From Eledone cirrhosa (taxonomy: Eukaryota), in the NCBI GenBank assembly GCA_964016885.1, contig OZ024755.1, positions 27,466,001-27,530,000 of the forward strand: DNA of 64,000 nt, given 5' to 3'. This document shows positions 1-12,384 of this stretch, in pieces (position 1 is the stretch's first letter; each line of letters starts with the position of its first letter). A program made the translations under genes and the position numbers. The notes below the pieces were generated by a model. The model had not been told where the DNA came from. It made no database searches and saw nothing but the letters and a program-made list of their open reading frames with translations.

Positions 1-37
1 CGTTATGGTCCAACTGGTATCTTACCACACCTTCTTT

Positions 38-74
<37 letters not shown>

Positions 75-110
75 AGAGTACTCAATACTTAGGATAGTAT
101 ATATATATAT

Positions 111-266
111 AGGAGTAGGAAGCTGTCATTCCCTGACGTTATCTCTAGGGATACGGGAATCAGTAGACAGGACCTGGGGGCGGCGATGGGGGACAGGGAA
201 TTCTGGGGCATGAGAGTGAGATCCATCATCTCGACAGTAGTCGACGAATGATGATGATGATGATGA
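111..266 (+). mobile_element. 3' end of an RTE-like LINE with (TGA)n tail
   Basis: RKLSFPDVISRDTGISRQDLGAAMGDREFW...* followed by (TGA)n. Confidence 0.65.
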
Positions 267-414
267 TATATATCATATTATCTTCACCTGGGCGGCTGAA
301 TTCTCATGGGATTAAATAACAGTAGATAGTGTTCACATAACAATAGATTTGACTTGTCTGATTGCATCTGTATCTGTGTTACATGTTACTAGTGACACAC
401 ACACACACACACGC

Positions 415-464
<50 letters not shown>

Positions 465-599
465 GCGCATGAATCAGACACAAGTGTCCAGGATTTCTTA
501 TCAATCTTCTGCTTACTTACTCGTTATTGAGACGAGAATGTTGGGAATTATTTTAAAATGCGAACAATTTTTAAACTCTAAACAAATTACTTTTATAGT

Positions 600-830
600 T
601 ACAGATTTGCGGTCGTGCCCTTGGCAGCGGAGACTCCTGGCATCCTTGGCCCTAGGGCTACCTCTCTACTCACCTCCAAGGCGCTGAGCTGGCCAGCTGC
701 AGGTGTGATCCTCGCGAGATGGAATGGCTCTTCCAGCGCATCTCCCTTACTATCCTCCGGGGAAACGCCTTCTCCATTCTGTTCGCCGGGGCTGCGGGAA
801 GGCCGGCGCGTGGGACCCCATTTGCTCACA
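600..830 (+). mobile_element. CRE-like non-LTR retrotransposon 3' fragment (restriction-like endonuclease end)
   Basis: RFAVVPLAAETPGILGPRA and, frameshifted, DPREMEWLFQRISLTILRGNAFSIL; related copies at 12385-12775 (-) and 57035-57160 (+). Confidence 0.75.
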
Positions 831-976
831 ATACAGAGAGATGGGGGAGGGCGGGAGAGATGGAGGCGATGACGGTGGGAGTTCGGTAGATCATGTGATA
901 ATTTCATGTTACAGCTTGGAATTTTACGGTCTGTTGAACATCGTCCTTGAAACATTTTTGTTTACTTCCTTTGTCC

Positions 977-1102
977 TTTTACTCCACGTGTACGCTCACT
1001 TTTACTCCACGTGTACGCTCACATTTACTCCACGTGTACGCTCACTTTTACTCCACGTGTACGCTCACTTTTACTCCACGTGTACGCTCACTTTTACTCT
1101 AC
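977..1102. repeat. 23-bp minisatellite, about 5 copies (ttttactccacgtgtacgctcac)
   Basis: Directly visible tandem units. Confidence 0.9.
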
Positions 1103-1282
1103 ATGTAAGCCCACTGTAGATGAGGGGTTCTCTAACTTTATGGGTCACTGCCCCTCTCACGGCCACGTAATACCCTCAGCGCCCCCACCACTATTTCAAG
1201 AGAGAACCTGCCTACACACAAATTGTTAATAATATATAATAATTAATATCGTTAATTTATATATAATAAATGATATAATATA

Positions 1283-1753
1283 TATTGTTATTCTTTGGGA
1301 GGGTCATGTTGCCAATAAAAACACACGCACCTGTGGGTTTTCACTTTAATTTATTATAAATTTCCGGCTGGTTGGTTGGTTCGATAACTGGAAGGTTGTT
1401 TATATATTGTTAAAGCTCTTTCGTCACACATTCTGTGACCTCCTCAGTGACTAGATTTTTTATTTTATGTGTCTCGCCTTTGTTCTGTCCTACACTATCT
1501 TGTTTTTGTGTGATGTGTGTTGTGTGCTTAGTTTGCGCATGCGTTACATCCGGGTGTGTGTGTGACACACAAAATAAAAACCTAGTCACTGAGGAGTTCA
1601 CAGAATGTGTGACGAAAGAGCTTTGACAATATATAAACAACTTTCCGGTTATCGAACCAACTAACCAACCGGAAATTTATAAAAAATTGAAGTAAAATCT
1701 GCGGGTGCGTGTGTTTTTATTGGCAACATGACCCTCCCAAAGTATAGCAATAT
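1283..1753. mobile_element. Inverted repeat pair (about 190-bp arms) with hammerhead-like cores; Penelope-like terminal repeat
   Basis: 1283-1475 is the imperfect reverse complement of 1563-1753; each arm has CTGAGGA-stem-GAAA. Confidence 0.65.
1583..1629 (+). ncRNA. Minimal type-I hammerhead ribozyme-like motif
   Basis: GTCA CTGAGGA GTTCACA-gaatg-TGTGAC GAAA GAGCTT TGAC; stem I GTCA/TGAC. Confidence 0.5.
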
Positions 1754-2376
1754 CGGTTTCAACACACGTTTTCAGATAAGAGATCTTGCAAAAGAAATTC
1801 AAAAACGAATATAATATATACTATGTATAAATAAATATTATATTTATAAATCTCCACTACGGTAACCCTTCTACCTTTGTTTTGTTTTCATTTTCGTTTC
1901 TCTCAATTTTCACTTTTCTCCTATTTCTCACTCACTTCCTACCTCGAGATTTCCCATCTGCATTGTTGTGGCTTTCTAAACTACATATTTTAAATATTAT
2001 ATATTTTTTTTATTTTACTATATTCATATATCATATAATATGTATAATTTGATATTTAATATACTATTATATCATCTCTACTGACCCCCACCCCCACTCC
2101 CGAGTACGGTAGCGCCTATTTTGAGAACGTCTGCTGCAATGGGCTTTGTGCAGTCTATTCTCAGCCATCGTGACAACATGTCACGCACGATGCAATCTTA
2201 ATTTACTGGGGGTTATTTCCATGCTAGTTATTCTGACTAGTTGAAAGACTTTCAGGTTCCATACTCCCTCTTGGCAATTAATCTTGAATATCTGACGAAA
2301 TGTTTTTAAATAAAAGGAACAGTGTGATCATAGTCGTACTGACTCCGATAAAAAAAATACACTCCTGCCATATGTA

Positions 2377-2742
2377 CCGTATTTTCCGGCGTCAAAGACG
2401 CTACTTTCTTTCCTAAAATAAGTCTCAAAAATCTACCATGCGTCCTGGAGACCGAACGTTGTTTATTATTCAAATTTTATGGAGTGCAGACGTTGATAAT
2501 TTTCCGACAAAACTTTTTATGCACGCTGAGCATTGCCTTACATCCTTACGGTTTCGATAAAATAAAGTACCAGTAATGCACTGGGATCGATTTAATCGAC
2601 TTTCCTCTCCCTCAAAATTGCTGGCCTTGTACTTATATTTTTTAAAAAAACTTTTTTTTTTTTTTTTTTTTTTCAAATTTTTGGTTGTCAAAATTAGGTT
2701 GCGTCCTTGAGGACGAAGCGTCTTCGGCGCCAGGAAATGCGG
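2377..2742. mobile_element. Tc2/pogo-type MITE with SINE fragment inside
   Basis: TA|CCGTATTTTCCGGCGTCAAAGACGC ... GCGTCTTCGGCGCCAGGAAATGCGG|TA imperfect TIRs; a partial copy is at 54840-54920. Confidence 0.65.
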
Positions 2743-3072
2743 TAAATTACAACAGAAATAAAGGGAGATTTCTCTAGGAACAACTAAATATTTTTGGAAG
2801 AGGCTATGTAGCCGGTAATAGAGTCAGACACTATGAGAAGCGGCCCGAGTTAAGGCAATTTAAAATCTTTTAGTCGTCCATTCGAAAGGGGTTGGTGAAA
2901 CACTATAGCGATGTGTGTTGCATCCGTTTATTGCATTCATAGGCAACCTTTTTCGAGCAGTGGGCCGCATAGGGTGTGGCTTATTATAAGGCGGGCCACA
3001 CTATTAAAAGGTTCAAGGCAATTTTGAAATTAAGCGTGCCATTCAGAAATCTTGCAAAATGAGGATATTTAA

Positions 3073-4262
3073 AGACTACGCAGCACCGCCTGATATGGCT
3101 CCTGCTGGAACACCCCTGCACAGCATTGGACTTGGCAGGGTTTAATGAAAAAGGACAGCAATGTGTTCAGCTGTGGTGGAACCACATCTGGCCAAGCTTT
3201 ATAGCTGACATTCTTGTAGACACGATAAGGAGACGCTCGTTTATTCTTGTATATATATAGTGTGGTATATTATATATATAGTGTGGTATATCATATATAG
3301 TGTGTATATATAGTGTGGTATATTATATATAGTGTGGTATATTATATATAGTGTGGTATATCATATATAGTGTGGTATATCATATATAGTGTGTATATAT
3401 AGTGTGGTATATTATATATAGTGTGGTATATTATATATAGTGTGGTATATCATATATAGTGTGGTATATCATATATAGTGTGTATATATAGTGTGGTATA
3501 TTATATATAGCGTGGTATATTATATATAGTGTGGTATATCATATATAGTGTGTATATATAGTGTGGCATATTATATATAGTGTGGTATATTATATATAGT
3601 GTGGTATATTATATATAGTGTGGTATATCATATATAGTGTGGTATATATAGTGTGGTATATTATATATAGTGTGGTATATTATATATAGTGTGGTATGTC
3701 ATATATAGTGTGTATATATAGTGTGGTATATTATATATAGTGTGGTATATCATATATAGTGTGTATATATAGTGTGGTATATTATATATAGTGTGGTATA
3801 TTATATATAGTGTGGTATATCATATATAGTGTGGTATATTATATATAGTGTGGTATATCATATATAGTGTGGTATATTATATATAGTGTGGTATATCATA
3901 TATAGTGTGTATATATAGTGTGGTATATTATATATAGTGTGGTATATCATATATAGTGTGGTATATCATATATAGTGTGGTATATCATATATAGTGTGGT
4001 ATATCATATATAGTATGGTATATCATATATAGTGTGTATATATAATGACTTTACTCTAAAGGATGGGGACGTTGTGTGTGACTGTGTCATCGAACCACAG
4101 ACTACGCAGTACCTCCTGATATGGCCCCTTCTGGAACACCCCTGCACGGCATTGGACTTGGCGGGGTTTAATGAGAAAAGACAACACATGTGTTCAGCTG
4201 TGGCGGAACCACATCTGGCCAAGCTTTGTAGCTGACATTCTTGTGGACACGATAAGGAGACG
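3073..4262 (+). mobile_element. Two copies of a LINE 3' end (3073-3233, 4060-4262) around a minisatellite, inside hAT-like MITE ends
   Basis: About 160-bp direct duplicate; CDCVIEPQTTQYLLIWPLL is a degenerate CCHC knuckle; flanks cataggcaacc (2938) and gtttgcccatgatg (4306). Confidence 0.5.
3250..4042. repeat. Minisatellite, about 19-bp unit (atatatagtgtggtatat[t/c])
   Basis: About 40 tandem units with shorter variants. Confidence 0.95.
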
Positions 4263-4514
4263 AATTCAGAAATCCAAACGGGCCACATGTGGCTTGCGGG
4301 CCGCAGTTTGCCCATGATGGTTACGGTATACCGGTATACCGGTTACGTAGCCTATTCAATATTTTTCCTTCAGTCACCTGAATGGCTGACATATCAAATA
4401 TTTCTCATCTATCTTTTATTCACGTCGCATATTTCAATTCCATAGTTTTTAAATCATCAATTGTCTGATCTCAGCAGAACATTGATTACTGAGTTTGAAG
4501 CAGATGTCGATTTT

Positions 4515-5249
4515 CACACACCACACACATATATATACACACATACACACACACACACACATATATATATACATATATACATATATATACACACACACAC
4601 TCACATATAAACACACACACACCACACACACACCACTCACATATATATACAAACATACACCACACACACACCACACACACATATATATATACACACATAC
4701 ACACACACACACTCACACACATATATATACATATATACATATATACATATATATACACACACACACTCATATATATACACACATACACCACACACACACA
4801 CCACTCACATATATATACACACATACACCACACACACCACACACACATATATATATACACACATACACACACACACACTCACACACACATATATATACAT
4901 ATATATACACATATACACACACACACACTCACTCATGCACACATATATACACACATACACCACACACACCACACATATATATATACAGATACACCACACA
5001 CACACATATATATACACACATACACACACTCACATATATATATATATATATATACACACATACACACACACACACACTCACACACATATATATACACACT
5101 CACACTCACTCACACATATAAATACACACACACATACACATATGCACACGCACGCACACACACTCACATATATGTATGTATATATGTATATATATAAATG
5201 TGTGTGTGTATGAGTGTATATGTATATATACATATAATATATAAGTATG

Positions 5250-5282
<33 letters not shown>

Positions 5283-5300
5283 ATATATATATATAATATT
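4515..5300. repeat. Compound (CA)n/(TA)n microsatellite
   Basis: Direct reading. Confidence 0.95.
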
Positions 5301-5342
5301 ATGATATTAACAAATGGAAACTATATTTATAAAACCATATTT

Positions 5343-5405
5343 ATTTCATTATACATATTTCAAGGACACCAAGTTAAATTATGGTGTGCTTTCATCAGAT
5401 AAAAT
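5343..5405 (-). ncRNA. Minimal type-I hammerhead ribozyme motif in a Penelope-like repeat
   Basis: Minus strand: ATTTTAT CTGATGA AAGCACACCA-loop-TGGTGTCCTT GAAA TATGTA TA ATGAAAT; stems I and II pair; AUA cleavage triplet. Confidence 0.65.
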
Positions 5406-5487
5406 ATAATATAGAGGAGTTTTATAAATAAATATTGACATACCCTTAAAGAATGCAACCATTACTGTTGGAAGCTCCCGGATAGTC

Positions 5488-5519
<32 letters not shown>

Positions 5520-5736
5520 ACACACACACACACATATATATATGTGTGTGTGTATATATATATATATACACACACATATATATATGTGTGTGTGTATATA
5601 TATATATATACATATATATATCTTCTTCTGATGGACTAGTTTCCGAAATGTTGAGATTCTTTTCCTCTTATTTCAAGCGTTAAACTAATATATTTCTTCA
5701 TTGTACTGTGTCATTTGCTTTGTTATTTCTGTTTAC

Positions 5737-5802
<66 letters not shown>

Positions 5803-6059
5803 CACGAATTATTTATATTATAATATAATGAAAATAAATCGATAGAAATTGTTGGAGAGAGAGAGGGGTGGGGGGTATAGGGGGATATAGGGGATGGGGG
5901 AGGTGGGAGAGAGGGAAGAGAGAGGGAGAGAGGAAGTGAGAGGGGGAGAGAGAGGGGGAGAAAGTGTGAGGCGGGAATATGCAATAATGGTAAATTAATT
6001 GATTAATAATTAATAATGAATGATGTTAATTGTTTACTATATCCTCCAAACCCCCCTAT

Positions 6060-7140
6060 CACCACCAAAATGTCATTCCACCCCCACCGCCATTGCAACC
6101 ATCAACACCATCACCATTATTACCCACATTACCAACACCACCAACACCAATACCATCAACACAACCAACACCACCAACACCAACACCACCAACACCACCA
6201 ACACCAACACCACCACCATCACCACTAACACCACCACCAACACCACCACCACCACCACTACCACCACCACCACAATCACTGCCACCGCCACAACCACTAC
6301 CACCACCTCCATCACAACCACTACCACCACCAACACTACCATCAACACCACCACCACCATCACAATCACTACCACCACTATCATCAACACCACCACCACT
6401 ATCATCAACACCACCACCACTACTACTACCACCACCACCATCATCCCAACTACCACCATCACTAGCACCACCATCATCCAAACCACCACCACCACCGCCA
6501 CTAGCATCTCCATCATCCCAATCACCACCACTACCACTACCACCACCGTCAGACCCACAATACCAGTGTTAGTGATATTGTTATTGTTGTTGTTATTGGT
6601 GGTGTTGATGTTGATGGTGGTGGTGGTGGTTGTGCTGGTGTTGCTGATGGTGACGGTGGTGGTGATGGTAGTGATGGTGGTGATGGTGACTGTGGAGGTG
6701 GTGGTGTTGTTGTTGTTTTTGTTGGTGGTGGTGGGTGGTGGTGGTGATGGTGATGATGGTGTTGGTGATGGTAGTGATGGTGGTGATGGTGGCGGTGGTG
6801 GCGGTGGTGGTGGTGTTGGTGTTGGTGTTGGTGTTGGTGGCAGTAATGGTATTGTTGTCGGTAATGGTGGTGTTGGTGGCAGTAGTGGTGGTGGTGGTGG
6901 TGGTGGTGGTGACGGTGGGTGTTGGTGGCAATAGTGGTGGTGCTGTTGTTGTTGGTGGTGGTGATAGTGGTGGTGACGGTGGTGTTGGTGGCAGTAGTGG
7001 TGGTGCTGTTGTTGTTGGTGGTGGTGATAGTGGTGGTGACGGTGGGTGTTGGTGGCAGTAGTGGTGGTGCTGTTGTTGTTGGTGGTGGTGATAATGGTGA
7101 TGGTGTTATTAGTTGTAGTAGCAATGGTAATGGTAATGGT
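6060..7140. repeat. (ACC)n-rich tract followed by (GGT)n-rich tract
   Basis: Polarity switches near 6560; source of spurious poly-T/V/P/G ORFs. Confidence 0.9.
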
Positions 7141-8082
7141 ACTGGATGTGATGGTGAAAGTAAATATTTCTAAACATTCTTATGATCCAGTAAATACTAA
7201 TCTAACGTAGATTTGCAAAAAAGAGAAACCAAGACGATTGTTTTGCTCTCCATTCTTTTGCTCTTATCACAGACGCTTTCCTTTCCTATTTATCATCTCT
7301 TTACTATTCAAATGTCTTAACTTCTAGATTTTTCTATCTTGTTTTATCAACACCTGCCTTGCGTTTCCTTGGATTTTTTAGTCTCTAATCCCACGCTGTT
7401 TTCTGGGGATTTTTGCCAATCTTACTTGCAAGAAGCAGTAAAATTGCTGAGTATCGCTGGATTGGAGAACACAGTGTCTCATCTCTGTGCCTGTAGTCTC
7501 CATACTTTTTCCTCTTTCTCTCTTGCCTCTCTCTATCTCCTTCTCTCTGTCCCAGTCTGTCTCTCTCTCTCTCTCTCTCTCTGTCCCAGTCTGTCTGTCC
7601 CTCTTTCTCTCTCTCTCTCTGTATATATATATATATATATATATATAACTAAAAGTTTGTAGATAGCAGCTGTTTTAGGTTATGTAACTGTTATAGAAAC
7701 ACGTGTCAATAAATTCCTTTCAACTAAACTGTATCCATTCAAATCTTTCTATATATATATATATATCCCTCACTGTCTCTGCCTGTCTCTCTCTCTCTCT
7801 CTCTCCCTCTCTCACAAACACACACACACACACTCTCTCTCTCTCTCTCTCTTTCACACTTTCTCTCTCTCTGTCTCTCTCTCTATCTCCCTCTCTGTCT
7901 CTCTCTTTCTCTCACAGACACACACACACACTATCTCCCTCTCTCTCTCTCTCTCGCAATCTTTCCCCTTATCTCTCACTCTCACCTCTCTCACTCTCTC
8001 ACAGACGCTTTTTCTTGCTTTCCCATAGCGTATATTGAGGTACCAGGCGGTACCTCAATATACGCTAACAGACACAAACAAA

Positions 8083-9452
8083 TCTAATATATATTTGTGA
8101 AATGGGCGGTGGTTGAAATTCAGATGTGCACGGTTAAATGGTAGTAGACGTGGTCGGACTGACATGAAAGTTTACACACCAATGTAAAATGTGCCAAGGA
8201 AGCAAATAGACGAGGTTTCAAATCTCTAACTTGAAAAATGTGGTCCCTGGGGCCCCAAAACTATCGCGTTCGGTGAGTTATTTCCCCCTGTTCTAATACT
8301 TTTGTCTTATTTACAATTTCATCAACGTTCTTTCGCTGTTAACATACAGTACCAATAATTTGAAAAATATTATTGAAAGTTTATTATAAAGAAGCAGTTT
8401 CAGGAATAAGTGTAAACTATCATACAAACCTTCATAATATGCATTTTTAAACTTGTATATCATCGACATTGCTATTTCGCTGTTAATAAACTATCATCCT
8501 TCTACATTTAACGATCATACAGTACCGTTTTATGAAATCGATTCTGCAGTACGGTCACTGTTTTCCATCAAAAGAAATAAAACCCTCGGCGATACTTGGT
8601 TTTAGTGTCCTAAATTATCATCATCGACATTCAATTATTAGCTCCACCCACTACACCATACGTCACGAAGGTAAATGTTTCGAAAATATTTTAAACTGTA
8701 TATCGCAACAATATATTGTTTAAAGAAATTTTTTTTCTGTTGTTAAAAACTGTAAATCTGTTTATAAAAAAATGTATTTCGCAGCAATTTTTTTTCTGTT
8801 AAAAACTGTAAATAAATATTCATGTAAAAATGAAGCATAGTGTTTCGGTTAAAAACTTAAAAACTGTAAATAATTATTCATGTAAAAATGAAGCATAGTT
8901 TTTCTGTGAAAAACTGTAAATAAATATTTATTTTGTTAAAAAAATAAATCAAAAATCTAATTTTCTCTGTTAATATTTTAATAAATATTTATTCTAAAAA
9001 TTCAATTGTTTTTTCGTGTAAAAATGAAGGGTGTAAGAAAATGAAGGATGTAAAAATCAAGCAGCTGATGACGTGTCGTGACGTATCGTGTAGTGGGTGC
9101 AGCTAATAATTGAATGTCGATGATGATAATTTAGGACACTAAAACCAAGTATCGCCAAACCCTTAAATTGCGAAGAAGGGACGCGTGTTTTAATTTTAAT
9201 TCTAATACATGTTAACCACCACTAACAGTAAGTAGTATTTTTCAAATTGCATATCATCGACATTGCTATTTCGCTGTTAATAAACAACGCTTTTCACGTC
9301 GCTCCACTTCTCATTGTACGCCGTCCAGCCCCAAGTGCATATTTCAATTTTTTTTTCTGAAACTGCTTCTTTATAATAAACTTTCAATAATATTTTTCAA
9401 ATTATTAACTTAATAAAAAGTGGATCCGGGTGCAACCGGGCTCAGCTGCTAG
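8083..9452 (+). mobile_element. Non-autonomous Helitron
   Basis: A|TCTAATATATA 5' end; 3' hairpin CCGG-gtgcaa-CCGG then CTAG|T; no TSD; long internal inverted repeats. Confidence 0.65.
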
Positions 9453-9635
9453 TACCTATATATGCCCAGAAATGGTGTCTCTGTAGATATTCAGTGTCAG
9501 TAGTCAAATCCCATCGTTATCAAAAACTCCTACGATGGCTCAATCATAATCTTTGGCTCAACTTACTTTAATTCAAGCTTCCCTCATTGGCAAAAGCGTC
9601 TTTCATTTGGTCAAACGCCATCAACAATCACCACC

Positions 9636-9684
<49 letters not shown>

Positions 9685-9704
9685 CACACACACACACACA
9701 AACA

Positions 9705-9764
<60 letters not shown>

Positions 9765-9849
9765 AACATACACGCACACTCACATTCACATACACATACA
9801 TACACACACGCAGCAGCGTCTTCCTACTTTATTATTATTATTATTATTA

Positions 9850-11511
9850 CAGTTGCAGTTATCTTGCTTTATGTTCATACGAGTTATCACCAAGTCACAA
9901 CCAGTGACCTCAAGAGACAACAAGGTCCGCCATGTTCAAGAAAGAACATACATACTCACACATGCATCTTTAGTGTTTAGACTTGTGATGTACTTATATT
10001 GACAGAATCTTCCTTAGTATATGGACAGTTCCCATTAGTACTATCTTTTGTATTTCTCCTATACGCGGGTTTCCTGGGATTTGCGATAAGTAATCATTAG
10101 ACCCCTTAGGTATCATTCCCAGAGCGCCTACAACCACTGGTATTGTTTTAGTTCTCAATTTCCACATTTTTCAAATTTCTATCTCCAGGTCCTTATACTT
10201 GCTCAATTTTTCAAATGTTTTTATAGATACATTCTTGTCTATTGGAACAGACATATCAATTAGCAGGCATACCCTTTTTTTGAAGTCCTTCAATATTATA
10301 TCAGGTCTATTTGCATCTATTTTTCGGTCTGTTTGGATGCTAAAGTTCCACAAGATTGAGGTGTGATCTTTTTCAAGTATGGGAGGTGGTTGATGCTCCC
10401 ACCAATTCTTTTGATGGGGCAGGTCAAAATGCTTACACATTATCCAATGTATGTATTGTGCAGCTCTGTCATGCCTGTTTAGGTATTCGGTTGGAGCTAT
10501 AGGACTGCACATTGAAATTATATGGTCAATGGTCTCTGGTTGTTTTTTGCATACACGGCATAATGGGCTGCATCCATTTTTTATTATGTTGGCTTGGTAA
10601 TTTTTTGTTGGCAGACACTGATCTTGTGCTGATATAATCAGTCCTTCAGTCTCCGATTTCAGTCCAGAGGATGCCAACCACTGATGGGTTAAAGTTTTGT
10701 CAACATCAGGATTGTTAGCTCGCTCTGGGTATTTTCCATACAGAGGCTTTTCTTGCCATTTCTTAGCCAGCTTCTGTAGCAGTTCTTTCTTTGCAGTTAC
10801 TTTTACCTGCTTTGCTTTTTCTGTGTTTTCCATTTCAGCAGTAAATGGGACTTCTGAAATTTGTAGTCCATTACTGTATCTTTGTGCATCTTTTGTAATG
10901 GAATATGATCTGTTGATGCTTTCGTGTTTCAAAAAGAGTTTGATCATCTAATCATGTGATTCCCTTAGATATGTAGATAATCCAATTGTTGCAGTTTTCA
11001 ACGCAATGTCGAACTGGATTAACCCACGTCCTCCTTCTTTCCTAGGGAGATATATTCTATCTATATCTGCCTTAGGGTGATGCATTCTGTGCATGGTTAA
11101 GAGTTTTCGAATTTTTGTATCGAGCCTACGGATCTCTGTGCTTGACCAGTTGATGACATTGTAACTGTAGGTTACTACTGGTATGGCAAGCGTGTTTATG
11201 GCATCGATCCTATTCCTTGCATTCAATTCCGTTCTTAAGATTGCTCTTACTCTGCGGTAACATTCCTTCCTTATCCTTTCCCTCATTGTCGAGTGCTTGA
11301 TTCCGTCTCCTTCACAAACACCTAGATATTTGTAAGTTTTTTCTTGATCAAGTTCTCTTATCACGTTCCCCCGATCAAGATTAATGTCTGAACTCTTCAG
11401 CAGCTTTCCTCTGGTGAACATTGCTTTGGCGCATTTGTCTAGTCCAAACTCCATTTTAATGTCATCACTGAACTGCTCCACAGTGGATAATAGCCCTTGC
11501 AATTGTTCATC
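9850..11511 (-). mobile_element. 5'-truncated R4/Dong-like non-LTR retrotransposon (RT end, CCHC finger, RLE endonuclease), two in-frame stops
   Basis: MEFGLDKCA, YKYLG, CRVCKKQPETIDHIISMC, RHD, NRPDIILKD, KLSKYKDL, IPVVVGALG; frame ends at TAA 9994; (TAA)n on both sides. Confidence 0.9.
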
Positions 11512-11542
11512 ATATTATTATTATTATTATTATTATTATTTA

Positions 11543-11658
11543 CTTTCAAATCCCGCCGAGGTTAACTTTGCCTTTCATCCTTTCGGGGTCGATAAAATAA
11601 AGTACCAGTAATACACTGGGGTAATTGCTGGCCTTGTGCCAAATGTAGAAACAATTAT
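11543..11658 (+). mobile_element. tRNA-derived SINE 3' part (abundant family)
   Basis: ttcaaatcccgccgaggttaactttgcctttcatcc...aagtaccag; copies at 17098, 25930 (-), 26140 (-), 28833, 51645, 51913. Confidence 0.8.
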
Positions 11659-11830
11659 TTACTTTCAATTTTTAATTCGGGGTTTTGTTTCCAATTAAAT
11701 AATTGAAACACCAACAACAACAACAGTAACAACATCGACAACAACAACACCACCAAAACAACAATAGCAACATCAACAACTACGAATATTGAGAGAGAAA
11801 GCGGGGGAGTAGAAAAAGAGAGAGACAGAC

Positions 11831-11870
<40 letters not shown>

Positions 11871-12384
11871 ATATTAAATAAATGGAAACTGTATTTATAA
11901 AACCATATTTATTTATTTTATAAATCCCAGTTTCCATTTATTTAATATCATTGAATATTTACTCCAGTTTTTTCTGTTGAGTGCTCTAAATCAGTTATAA
12001 ACATTTATGTTTGTCGGACTTCCAACAAATTAAATACAACTTCTACTTATATATATATATATGTCACATGTCGGTGCAAGTGGCATCCCAGACGAGAGGT
12101 TTGCCACCGCGGAACGGGAAGATGGTCATGCCATCACATATATATATATTACGATCGTTTCTGGGGGTGGTGGTAGTTCTCCGTATGTTCATTTTATTAG
12201 TGATCTATGTAAAATATATTACAAATTATCAAGGTAAGAAAATATACACACGTCTTCAGAAATAATGAGTTTTGTTTATTGAAGAATATAAAAACATGTA
12301 TGAATAAGTAACTTTCTAAGAACAAGGTGAGACAATATAAAGTTTTAGTTTAGGTGTTGTCTTCCTGTTTCTTCTACAACAACT

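Noticed and set aside
4449-5213. His/Thr/Tyr-rich ORFs
   Set aside because: (CA)n/(TA)n microsatellite translations
6020-7173. Long mucin-like, poly-Val, poly-Pro and poly-Gly ORFs
   Set aside because: Open in nearly all frames because of trinucleotide repeats; no convincing splice or domain context
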